Assembly (NCBI GenBank): GCA_001643675.2
Contig: LSRY02000042.1
Location: 124,001-188,000 of the forward strand
Source: Monocercomonoides exilis PA203
Lineage: Eukaryota; Protista; Preaxostyla
DNA length: 64,000 bases
Direction: 5' to 3'
The notes beneath the pieces are model-generated. The model searched no databases, was not told where the DNA came from, and saw nothing but the letters and a program-made list of their open reading frames with translations. Position numbers and translations under genes: made by a program. This document shows, in pieces, positions 13,451 through 26,900 of the stretch; position 1 is the first letter of the stretch; each line of letters opens with the position of its first letter.

Positions 13451-14836
13451 GAATTAATCCAAAATACTTCGAACAGTCTCCGATAATTCCGCTCTGCTCA
13501 GCTGTGACATCTTCATTGCACAGTGCTTCACGTGCGATGGAGAAGCAAGCAACCCTGAGCCCACAAGATCAGCCCACACCGAATTTGACTTTGAATATGG
13601 AATGAATTAGCAATGATGGTTGATCCACGAAACAAAATAGGCTCAGAGCCAAAGGATATGTCCAAACGGTTCGGTGATAATGTTTACGGAAGTTTCTGTT
13701 TTTCCTTGTGAACAGAGAGTGGAGGACGAAGAAGAAATCAAGAAAGGAATCGAATATAAAAAAGTTGATATGGAAGGCAAAAATACTCTGAATTCTGGAT
13801 AGAGCTATTAAATGAATGCCTTCGTGTTCACTTATGTAATCTCTTTCTTAATCATTGAAAATTTTCTTCGCCTTGAAGCTGGACAAATAAAGGAATTCCA
13901 CAATATTCTTCACATCTCACGCAAACCCAAAAACGATACATCCAATAAATGACTTCAATCACAACGGCTTTCGATATTTCCCTTCGTTGTCATTTTTTCC
14001 CCCTTAAAATTGGCCTTAATTGAAACCATCACAACTCTGGTCAATGAAAAGAAAAATGTTTCATTGTTTAATCTTATTTATTAATTAGTAGGCTTCGCAG
14101 CAACAACTTCTTCAGCGTTCGAAATCATCTGCAACTGTCCCATGATTGGCGTTTCTCTGTGCAACTTCGTTACCAACTTTGCAGCCTGTTTGAGCTTCTG
14201 GGTTGCTCTGGTGAAAGAGAAAGATCCAAGTGAACTGCATGTTGTGCATCTTTTTGAGTAACTACAGCTGACTCTGTGAAAAGAAAGAGGAGGAAAAAGA
14301 AGAAAATGAGTGATGCATAATTAAGTCGGAGTGAGATAATAAAACATGTGTAAAGCACAAACATAATAATATATTCACAATCGGATACAATTTGAACAGC
14401 TAATTCTTTGGCAGGAACAACTGAAATGAATTGTTTCTCATTTGTCTTTCTTTTCCACCCCCATTTTTATTCAGAAGAAGTTTCATATTTCTTAAAATAA
14501 AATTATTAACTCAATAATAAGACAAAAAATCAATAATTATAAGAAAAGCAAGAAATACATTTTTCCCAACAAACCAGAATATGATAGAAAATTTAATTAA
14601 TATTACGAGTGTTTGAAATGAATAATCAACGTCATTCTTCGTTCAGTCATGCTTATCATTTTTAATTGAAAATAATAAATAATTACAAATTTCTTTCGAA
14701 TTTTTCCGAAAGAAAATTGAACACAAATCTAAAGTCTTCATGATTTTGAACAACGGTGCTTCTCTTTGAACTTTAACTTTCTCTTTGAAAAGAATTTGAA
14801 TTGATCTTGGATTAATAACAATACTTTTGTTAGCTA

Positions 14837-16365
14837 GTTGGTTGATAACCCGGGAAAAAGTTGAAAACCCGGGAAATTTTCTTAATGATCGCCCCCTTTA
14901 TGTGTTGAAATGAAAAAGCAACGAGAGAAATTTAACCTTTATAGATTTATATCTTTTCTTTCTTCGTCTGAATATAGAAAGTATTCAACAAGGCAGTTTA
15001 GAATCCTAAAAATAATCCAAAAAGAAGGTTTCAGAGCATCAGATGTGTTCAATGCAGGATTGATTTCGAAGAGTGCATACTACAGAGCTGTGAAGGCGAA
15101 AAATGAACATAGAGACGTCGGAATAAATGGAAGACCCTGTATAATCAGAAAAAAGTATCGCGATGAAATATAAATGCAAATAAAAAATGATTTACACCAT
15201 CTCAAAGGAACAACTGCAAAGCAATGTACAAATGCAGTTTGAATTTTATTATTTCAATTATTAAATTATTTTTTATTTCAAATAGGCAAGTTTCATTTCT
15301 TCTTCAAAAAAGAACGAAAGCGGAAAAGAAAAGGCTGTGAATAAAAAGTGGGGTTATTCTTTTATTTCCAACATAAAAGGATCTTCATTAAAAAAGCCTG
15401 CAAAACTTCCAATAAATAGAATCGAACACTCAACAAGGCTCATTTTGCGTCCTTTTTTTGAAGATTTGGATGAATAATATAAGAAGAAGAAATATATTCC
15501 ACAATTAATATTTAATCTGGATGAAACTTACATCAAAAGAGACACAACTGAATCAACGAAGATAATTACTCTTCCGGATTGTCCCAACCCAATTTCTCAA
15601 GAAGCACCTCTTCCTCCATCAATTTCTTTGCTTTTACTAATTTCTGCTGACGGGGAGCATTGCAAGACTTCTGTTATCAGCCATTCTACCTTTCTTCCTC
15701 AGGAATATGCACAGACCAACTCCGACAACTTTGTTTTCACTGCCACCACAAAGAAAGGAATGGATTCTTCTTTATTTTTTGACCTATTCAAATATGTTGA
15801 AGTTGATTCAATTGAAGGAAGAAGAAAATTTATGGGATTATCAAACTTTCCAATGTGCATGCATATGGATGGTGCATCGACACGCACGAACGAAGATATT
15901 TCGGAGCTGACAAAGGAAAACAAGATCGTTGCTGTGTTTCCTCTTTCGCACACCTCGCACATCGTCCAGCCATCAGATTAATATGTCAATGCAAATAAAA
16001 AGATATTTATTTACACTTCTAACACAGACTTTGTGCGAAGCAATGCCACATTAATCTGATCAAATTTCGTTAACGAATTAAAAGAAGCATTATCGGAAGC
16101 ATTAAAGCCATCTACCATCGTGGCATCTATCAGAGATTCTGGTATTTGACCTTTATATCCTGAAATTGTCCTGAAAAGCCTCAGTGAAACATCTCCTGTT
16201 GAAGGTTGCGAAGCTTCCATCAACAAAACTCACTTGATTGATAACTCGAAGTGCAGAATTTTAACTTTTGATTAATTCATTTCTTTTATTCACACAGAAC
16301 ATTTCATTATATCCATTTTTATAACTGTTTACAATAAAAAAAAATTTCCCGGGTTATTTACCAAC
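14837..16365 (+). mobile_element. pogo-like DDE_1 DNA transposon, decayed
   Basis: TIRs GTTGGTTGATAACCCGGGAAA / TTTCCCGGGTTATTTACCAAC with TA on both sides. Transposase remnants at 14910-16270: IFNLDET, LLLISADG, MHMDGA, SHTSHIVQPSD. Putative intron 15237-15285. Confidence 0.85.
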
Positions 16366-16895
16366 TAGCTTGTTTTCAGAATTGTCAAAATCCTAAAAAT
16401 AAACTAAATGGTTGAACGATTAATAGCATGGGCATTGTGATTAAAGAATAAAATTAACTGGTTAAAAAATCTTTTTGAAAAATCAGAGATCGTCTGACAG
16501 TTGCTTTTTTTCAAATAATAAATAATATAACATTTAACAACCATGCTCCATTTCATCGCAAATCGCAGTCAACATAATTCAAAAGTTTCAATTTTTTTCG
16601 ATAAACCAGAATTAGAATTATCAAAATATTTACCAAAGGGAAATATTTTTAATGAACTTTTCCTTTTTTCTCCAATCCACAAGGCAACAACGGTTTGTTT
16701 TATTTATTTCTTATAAACATTCAAATAACGTATGTTGTTGAATGCATTGTGTTCCGGGTTGCATCTTGTTTGTCACAGTGAACACATATTCAATTTCATC
16801 TATCACCAAAATATATTTTACAGACTTTTTCCTTATTTGCAAGAAGAAATCATATTATTAAAGTTTTACGATGTTTGTCGCATTTTTTTTTTGCT

Positions 16896-16896
<1 letters not shown>

Positions 16897-16942
<46 letters not shown>
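16897..16942. repeat. poly(T) tract
   Basis: Uninterrupted T run of about 45 nt. Confidence 0.95.
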
Positions 16943-16943
<1 letters not shown>

Positions 16944-19900
16944 AAAGCAACATTTTTGAACGAATATTCATAAAAGCTTCGTTATCCTTTGTTTCTTCTT
17001 GATTTGCAACAAAAAAATAGTTTAAAAGTTAAACTTATAAATGAAGATTAAATTCTGAACAAAGAAACTCGATGTGAATGTTTCTTCATGAAACAAATAA
17101 GAAAAAGAAGATGACAATCTGTTTGTTAATAAAAAATAGGATTGTCCTGAGACACAGGGGAAAAAAGATGAAGTTAAAGTGATGGTACGTGTTTTGCATA
17201 GTGGATCTGATGTAGTCCTGTGTTATAACTAGCATTAGTAACAAATGGAGCGGAACTATCTTTCACAGTCCTGAGTTCCCAAGCTAGTTGCTCACCGTGA
17301 TCAGTATAAATTCTATGGTATTCTTTTCCTGATGTGAATCATCGCTCTTTCGTTGAGCCTCAAGCAACACTGCACATTCTCTTCATCTTCAAATGTGAAA
17401 AGCTCAAACAGCTTTTCTCCTCCCTCATTCGGAGGAGGAAAAAAAAATACTCTGGCAGATCTTCCACAGGTATCCCCAGAGACTCGAAGTCTTGCTCAAC
17501 TTAGAAGGAAGAGCTGCTATTGCTCTGAAGATAGTGGAATGAGAGATGCGAAAGATTTGAATGGCGTGAGTGTTTCTTTGGAGGTTACTGGTTATTGGAA
17601 GTTGTGCCTGGCTTTTGGATGAATAAATCATTACAGTGTCTGTGGAGGTACTGAAAAATGTCCAAAAAGGAAACGAAGATGTTTCATTCGCTTTCTTCTT
17701 CTTCCTGCAATCGTATTCCTTCTCCTTCTGCTTCAAACTCTACAATGATAGATTCTACATTATTTTCTCTTTTATCTTCTTGTATTTTATCTGCGAATAA
17801 TTCTTCTTCCTCTTCCTCTTCTCCTTCTTCTCCTTCTTCTCCTTCTTCTCCTCCTTCTTCTCCTTCTCCTTCTTCTTCTTCTTCTTCTTCTTCGTCTTCT
17901 TCTCCACTTCATCATCATCACCACCACCATCACCATCATCCTATCCATTTCACTCACAATCTCCAAATGCACCCCCTTCTAACTCACCCTTCCAGATTCT
18001 GTCTCCAAAACATACAAACGCCGGCTTCCACAAAAAGTTTTCACATCATCTTGCTCCTATAGCTTCTCCTCTCCCTACTCCTCTTCGCACTTCCGCCCAT
18101 ATCCTGATTCCCACCCCTGCCATGTTTTCCACTCTGATATCTCCTCCACTCACAGTCTCCCCTTGCTCGTCCAGAGAAAAGAATCCGAAGACAACAGTCG
18201 CAGCGCTTTCACGAGCGAACGAAGCTGCAGAAGCAAGAAAAAGGTTCGTTGAGTGGAAGCATTGATTCCCTCACGTAGATGATGCTGAGAGAAGGGGAAG
18301 AGACTGGCTCCTGTGATATATACTACGAGGAAGACAAGGAATTAGAGGAATAAGAGGACGATGGGCTGGAAGACGAAGAGAGAGGAGAGTTCAGTTTGCA
18401 TGATGTTGACAACTGGAGCGACAAAACAGACGATGAAGAGGCAGAGGCAGATGCAGAAGCATTAGAGAAGGATAGGAAGAAGAAGAAGAAGAAAGAAGAG
18501 GACATGTTGATGGTTTGTGCGGACGACGGGTTCACTACGTTGATGAGTGAGAGAAACCTGATGCAGAACCAGAGGGAGAAGGAGAAGAGATGGATAAGGA
18601 GGAAGATAATGACACAGCAGATGAAGAAGGATGATGAAGTGTTTCCTGAAAGCGAGTGGTTGTCTCCATGGTGCGAATTGGGAAGCGGAGGAGGAGGAGG
18701 AAGAGAGGGAAGAAGAGGAAGAAAGAGAAGAGGTTAGCAGAGGAAAGGAGTGAATGAGAAGAGAGAGAATAGAAGCCTATTGTGTGGCAGCCATTGACTA
18801 GCTCGAAGGTGATTAAGATTGAAGAGGAAGGATGTGGGAGTTTATTGCAGTAAGAAAGCGGGATAGAATCATTGACAGAAGAAAGAGGAGATGAAAAGAC
18901 GTCAGAAAACGGAGAAGCTCTGTTGTGAATAGGAAAAGGACAGCACAAAGATAAACAGCATCTCCACCGATATGCTTCAAGTGCAACATTTTCATCTGTT
19001 TCAGTTTGATGAGGAGGAGCGAGTTGTTGAGGAATAAGAAGATGGAGCTGACTTTGAGGAGGCTGAAGTGCAAGAGAGAGTCCAGCTGGATTTCGGAGGA
19101 GTGTAGCCCAACAATCAGAAAGAATTAATCGTTTGACAGCTCATCGTCAGCTTTGAAGAAATGCAGCTAATTGATAATGAGTTGGATGGTTAATACGATG
19201 GAGAAGCAACTGGACTGCAATCAAGAGAAGATGACATTTCCGACTTCACAAAGGATGATGCAATAAGATGTGTGATACTCACTTCTATCTCGATGGAACA
19301 TGAGAAGGAGAAGTCTGTTGCTGTGTTGCCATGGCAAGAGCACGTGCTAGTGTAAAAGGCCGCGACGTCCTGAAAGAAATTTTTTTGTGGATCGTTGTTG
19401 TATGTGATGTAGAAGAAGATGAAAGTGATTGGGACAAAGTTCTCTGTGCCTTCATCTCTGTCTCTTGCTTGGTCTCTTCCTCTTGCTCTCCTTTTATTTA
19501 TCTGTTTATTTTTTCAGCCATCTTTCGATAGATGAAAGCGTCTTCCTTTCCGCTCATCTGCTTCTCGTCATCTGAAAGAATTTCGAAATCTCCGAATACG
19601 ACTTTTGTTTCAATTGCATCCAGCAGGTGCCGCGCAACGGTACGATGCACAACAGTGGGAAGGGCAAGAGTGAGAGGTTGAACCGATGAAGATAATGATG
19701 TGAGATAAATGAAGAAGTTGCTTATTGTTTGATGTTTGTTGTTTATTGCTCTGTCAAGCATGAGGACTATTACATATGAGAACAATTTCTGACTCATTTT
19801 GCATCGTTTGCTTCTTTTGAAACCAGACTGGGACTTTATTTATGTGTTTGATTGAAAATTAGGAAAATAACAAAAAGAAAAAGGAAAATGGGAAGTAGTA

Positions 19901-20666
19901 GATGCGGAAGATATGGAAATGTATTACAAGTTGATTGAGAAGTCACTGGATACGGTGAAACAGATAATTTTGATGAAAAATCATTTCGAAGATGCATATT
20001 CTGGAATTGGCGTGAATATTTTTTCGAAATTTTCTACTATTTGAGCATTTCTAATTTTGAAATTTTCATATCTCTTTGATTTTTCATTCTGTTTTTTTTT
20101 AATTCAAAACTTTAATGATTATTTACAAAATAATGATAATGTGCAAACATTTGATAACACAAAAAGTGAAAATTGATACAGCTATTGCAAAACAAAACAA
20201 GCCAAAGAATTCCATTTAAATTCAAGGTTCTCGCCTTGTTATTCAAGCGGAATTTATCACTCATTTAAATATCACATTTCGGATTCCTGAAGAGAACTGG
20301 ACTTTTCTTTTGAATTTCATTTGTAGAAAATATCTTTTCTGTCTATTTTCTCCATCGTTTTTACAGTTGTGCCAGTCTTTAATGGAATAACTCATTGAAT
20401 AATTTTGATTGATCAATAATAAATAATAAAAATATCTGGCGAAAATCTTAATTCCATTTGAAACAAACGAAACAATATAAAAATGAACAATTGTTAACAT
20501 GTTATATTGGATTTTGATAAAAACAACATAACATGTTATTCAGAACTTTTTGATCTTTTAAGGGTTGCAAATTAAAGTTTTCCGACTTTTCAAAAAGATT
20601 TTGCCATATGAAAAATTTTCTTGTTATATTTCATTTCAAAATGAAAAACTCATAAAGAATTATCAA

Positions 20667-20920
<254 letters not shown>

Positions 20921-21788
20921 AAAATAAAAAAATAAAAATAAAAATAAAAATAAAAAAATCATTTTTATGAATTGCAAAACTATAATGCCGATAAATAACA
21001 ATAATAGATGAATACTTCATTCATATCAAGTATTTTTTATTAATGATCATAGACTTTTTGATTCGATGGAATGAGTTCTTCTATAAAATACATGATCAGA
21101 ATCAGAAATGGAATCTGCAAAAAAAAGTGAGTGAATGAAGAAATAATATATTAAAGATGCAGATATCTGGTTGATTCACAAATTATTATTTTAATTTAAT
21201 CGAAAAAAGCACACAATAATAAAAAAGATGATCAACACGGAGATATTATAATATCTGAAAAGATCCTAAATAAGATAAATTCAAATAAAATTTTATTAAA
21301 TCAAATCAAATAAGAACAATTCAAAGCAAAATATTTGAATCAATGAAAACTGATTCGTTCAATTTGAATAAGATCTAATATTCAATAAAAATTTTCAAAT
21401 ATTTTTTGAATGAAAAAAGATGATTTCAATAATAATCACACATATGTTTCCTAAAAATAAAATATTCTCACAATATACTTATTATTAATTCATTTGATGG
21501 GTTTTGATCAAAGTTGATCTCATGGAGAGTGATGTCAAGCTCATCAGAAAAGAAGAATTGTCCAAGCTCAGTCGTTTGTTTTGTAATGATGATTAGTCAT
21601 CGGATCTGTTCATTAATGAAATCGTTATTAATCTTATTCCTCTGCGTTTAAATCATAAAGTCTTCAAACATGGAAACATAGAAGAATATTCGTGAGAAGA
21701 AACAGAAATTTGAGCAAAAAATGTAATTTTTGATTTATTTGAAAATTGAACATTTGCGACTTTTCAAAAAGAATTACCCAAATGAATA

Positions 21789-22225
21789 CAGTCTAAATCA
21801 TAAATAATCACATCGGTTAATACACAACTTTTTTATGAATATATCAGATTGTGATATACACGATGCTGCTTTACACAGAAAAAAATAAAAATTAATTAAT
21901 TAATTAATTAATTTTCGGTCAAATTTTTCATTTTTGTAAATTCTTCATTAAAACGCATTTTTGATATGTAAATACAAATTTTTCACATAAATACACATTA
22001 TTTTAACTTATTAAAGCACATTTTTTAAAAAAGCGAAATATTGTGATTTTTGATCAAAAAATCGATTTTTCATTGAAAAAATCACCCATTATTATTTAAA
22101 ATGTGATAACAAATTTTCATCCCTGTGATTATATGCGATGAAAAATGAATGAAAAACAAGCAAAAAATGTCGGTGCATGGAAAATTGTGACTATATACGA
22201 ATGTGATTATATCCGGTTTAGACTG
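21789..22225. mobile_element. Tc1/mariner-type MITE (~437 bp)
   Basis: TA|CAGTCTAAATC..ATAATCACAT ... ATGTGATTAT..GGTTTAGACTG|TA: CAGT termini, TA TSD, non-coding interior. Confidence 0.75.
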
Positions 22226-22291
22226 TATATGAAATTTTTGTTTTTCATGAAAATTCAACATTTGTGACTTTTCAAAAAGAATTACCCATAT

Positions 22292-22962
22292 TTGGAATGA
22301 GAGTCAGGTGTCGATCGGAGGAGAAGGAAAAATTGTGGAAATTGATGAAGCAATATGAAGGCAAAGAAAATTTCATCGCGGAAGAAAGAAGAAACAAATT
22401 TGGGTTTTTGGATGAGTGGAGAGGAAAAAGGATGGAGGGGCTGGAGGAAGATTCATGGTAGTGGTTCCAAACAGAAAAAGAGATACGCTCATTCCATTGA
22501 TACAGAAGTACATTAAGGAAGTAACGACAATAATGTCTGATGAATGGAGAGCGTACGACATTTTGGAGACTCTGGGTTACAGCATTTGAAAGTTTGCCAT
22601 AAAAGGCAATTCTTCAATAAGGACACGGGAGCATGTACAAATATAATAGAGGGGTTGTGGCATCATTTACGATGCACTTTTCCGTCTTTTGGAACTCGCA
22701 TTCGATTTATGCATGATTATCTATCTCTTTATCTTGTCAAATCTTCATTTAACATCACTTTAACTGAACTCATTTAGTACCTTTGCATGGAAAATGATGA
22801 TGATGAAAAAGAAATGGAGGAAAACGAAATTGAAAAAGAAAAATTAAATGAAATTACTGACATCCACCGCATTTTTGGTGAAAAAGTTAAGGGAAAGTGA
22901 ACTGTATCTGAAAGTTACAATAGAGCAGAAGATGGTGAAAGTGCATCTGAATATGAACACTA
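22292..22962 (+). pseudogene. Merlin / IS1595(ISXO2)-like transposase catalytic domain, 5'-truncated and frameshifted
   Basis: KIVEIDEA..RKFHRGR..QIWVFG..VVPNRKRDTLIPLIQKYI..TIMSDEWRAY..HLKVCHK..GACTNIIEGLWHHLR, the characteristic IS1595/Merlin motif series. Confidence 0.85.
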
Positions 22963-23921
22963 AAAATTATAACTGATGATCATTTTTCATTATTATTTTC
23001 AAATACAACTTTTTTCAAAAAAATTTGATATAAATAAATCACTTGAATAACATTTTTTATTGTTCACAAAAATAATTACATAGTTTTTTCTCCAAAATCA
23101 TTAACTTTCGACATCCAACATAAGCATAACATAAATATTAAGTTTGTTGTTGAATTTTGGTATATAATCTTTAATAATCAGATGATTACGATTTCTGAGA
23201 TAATATTTAAAATTACATTTATCTGAATCTTTAAAACTTCAAATTAATAATTTCTGATAATTTTAACAAATTAATCATCTAACTTTCTGATTGATAACTA
23301 AGTTTCATTGAATAAATCTTAATTATAATGTTGAAAAAACGTTAACTTTTCATAAATCAATATATTATAATAAAAAATAAAAAAGATAAAAAAGTTATTC
23401 TCCATTTAAAACTAAATAATCATTATGAAGAATTAAAAACTAATAATAGGATTAATTTATAATAATTTAAATTATATATTTTTAATTTAATAATTTCATT
23501 TATATAATATTCAAATACAACTTATTCCATTTTTCATTATTTATATATCTAGAATTTTTTATGGAATATTCATAATTTTATTTATGTAATATCAATTATA
23601 ATAAATATTTGTATGATATTTTTTATGTCTTTATCAAATTGAACACTGTTCTGTAACATTTTGAAATTTTTTTTTCCATTATTAAATAATTAAGTGAATA
23701 AATTATAATTATCAGAAATCATTTTTGATAAATGATAAATTAATTTGTTTAATTTTCTTTGAAAATATATTAATTAAAATGAAATATTTAAAGATTATCT
23801 ATTATAATACTTTAAGACATGCATTTGCCTCCACATCTCAGAATTTTTTTATATTTTGAACATGTGCTGTTCACCATGTGTTGACCCCATATTCGACCCT
23901 TATACTGCCAACTGCCCCACA

Positions 23922-26900
23922 TCTGGCTAGATATAATAAAAAAAAGTCGAAAAAGATCAAAAAAGTGACACTCATATCTGGATTCTCAGAAGGCTCTGCA
24001 ACTTCGTTTTATTTTTATTTTGTAAATTGGATTTTTCCCACACATCATACCAAAATTTATTAGAATCGCTTTGTCCGTTGTTTTTCTGCAATTTTTCAAA
24101 CATGATTTTTTTTGTCATTTACAGTAGGAATTCAGATTATAATTGCACGAGCTTTTCATTAATTATTAACATGCATTTCATGTGTTATTCTCCAAAATGA
24201 TGTCAAATAATCTTTATTTATTCATATTCAATCATTCTGATTGTATAGATAAACAAATTTTATTTGAAGTTAAAAATCTTAATTTCATCCTTGATCAATT
24301 TTATATTTATAATAACTTCTTATATACAGAAATGTTTGTATTAAATATTTGAATTTAATATTTGTATTTGATATTTCACAAAGTTGTTTTAAATAGATCA
24401 TCGCATATGAACGGCAAGAAGAGAAGCAAAAGAGGAAGGCCGAAAAAGCAAGGAAGAGGAAGACCAAAAGTTAATAAGTATCCTTCAACCTCAATATGTC
24501 TCAAGTTACACTTATTTAAATAATACAATTCACATTTTATTGCTAATTATTTCAGATCCAAAACACAATTGAAAGATGTTAAAAACAAAGCAAAAATGAC
24601 CATTCATGACGATGATAACGATGAAACAAATTTCGATGAAGAAGAAAATTCAAGTGAAAGTTCATCATCTTTGTATTGTGAAGATGAAAACAAACAAGCA
24701 TGTTCTTCATTTCAAGCCATGGAAAAAGTCAAAATTCGTCGTAAAAATATGTTAATTACAAATAATGATTTCCAAAACGAAAAGTTTTTTGAAAAACACG
24801 AAATACATGAAGTGTCCATTTCGTGCAGGAGAAAACAAAACAATAATTCAAATATCTTATTTTATTTGGGTCCAATGGAATTTGAATGTACTATATGTGG
24901 AGCACTGCATTTCAAATCTGAGATTCAAAGAAAGAGAAATGGAATTATATATTTTAATGACTGTTGCAGTGGATTACACAACCCTCCAATCGATATCGAT
25001 CACTTTCCAGATATACTCCGTTCTCTTTTTAATCATGAGCATCCCGAAAGTGACAATTTTCTTGAAAACATCAGAAAAATTAACTGTTTACTTGCTTGCT
25101 GTTCTTTTTATGCAGAAACACCAGATTATTTCTTTATGCAATTCACTATTAAAGGAGAAACGAAGAGAAGAGCCTATCCAATGAAGTCATTAAGTTATGA
25201 TGATCCGAAGTTTGGTCAAGTTTATATTCTTGACACAGAAGAAGCAACTGAAAAATTCAAAAGAAACACACATAATAAGCGAGTTTCTTTTAATCTTTTA
25301 TCTTCTCTATTTCAATGGTTCCGAAATTCAAATCCCTTTGCAAAAAGCTATAAAATGATGAATGATGTTTACTCAAAGGAGCGGGAAAAGGCAATGGAAA
25401 TAGGAAGAAAAATGAAAAAAGTTTGCCTCACTTTTGATCCAGAAGGCAGAAAACTTGGGAAAGAGTTTGCTGCTCCGCAATCGAACGAAGTTGCTGCAGT
25501 ATTCGTCAGTGACGATGGACTGCCTCCTGTGCAGCGATTAACCATATATGCTGAAGAAGACAAGTTGTCAACTATTGCCATGAACGATCCTTTGTGTGAT
25601 CCACTTATTTATCCTTTGTTCTTTCCAAATGGAGAAGTTTACGAAGACGATAAAAAAAAGAAAGTCAAAAATGAAGAAAATTCATCAAATGATGATGAAG
25701 ATGGATTTTCAGATGAGAAACAAAGTGATAATAACAAATCGAATTCAGATTATGAAAGTGAAATGAAAAAAAAGGAAGATCACACAAAACAAAAAAAAGG
25801 AAGATTCAGATCAAATATTAGAACGCATGCACTCAACGTTATTGCAATCAGAAATTCATGGTCTCCAATTCATCTTGGAGGGAAACTATTTCAACAATAT
25901 ATCGTGGATTCCTTTTGTAGAATAGAAGGAATGAAGACTTTGTACTATCACACACATCAACAGCAAATGTTCGGAGGTTATTATAATCAACTGAATGATG
26001 CGTTAAATAACAATGATTTCGATGTTGATATTCATTCATCCTCTTCCTCTTTATCATCTTCCTCATCTTCTTTGAATCAAAAAATTTTGTTGGGAAGAAG
26101 AATAATACTTCCTTTCTCCTTTGTTGGAAGTCCCCGATGGTCAAAACAATGCTATATGGACGCCATGAGCATTGTTTCAAAATACGGAAAGCCAGATATC
26201 TTTCTGACTTTCACGTGCAATCCAAAATGGCCTGAAATTATCGAGAACATCGCTTCACCGCACATTCACCAAGCGGATAGGCCAGATCTAATTGCAAGAG
26301 TATTCAAACTCAAGCTCGATGAATTAATGAGAGACATAAAGAAGGGAATACCATTCGGTTCACTCAAAGCATATGTTTATAAAATTGAGTTTCAGAAAAG
26401 GGGACTACCGCATTGCCATTTGCTTCTCACTTTGCATGATCAAAACAAACCAAGAACATCAGAGGATATTGATAAATGCATATGTGCAGAAATTCCCCCT
26501 CTCAGTGAAGATGGATCAAATAATAATTTGAGAGAAATAGTATTGAGGCATATGGTTCATGGACCATGTGGGTTAGATAAACCAAATGCCCAATGCATGG
26601 CTGATGGAAAGTGTCAAAAGCGCTTTCCGAAACAATTTTGTGAAGAAACAACCAAGGATAGACAAGGTTTTATTAAATACAGAAGAAGAAAAGGTGAAGT
26701 GGTCATATTAAACAAAAAAGAAATTGACAATAGATGGATTGTCGCGTACAATCCCTACCTGCTTCGAAAGTTCAATGCACATATCAACGTTGAAATATGT
26801 TCCTCAGTTTTCAGTGTAAAATATCTTTACAAATATGTGTACAAAGGGCCAGATAGAGCTTCCATGAAAATTTTGAACAAAGAAATTGCTTCATGTTCAA

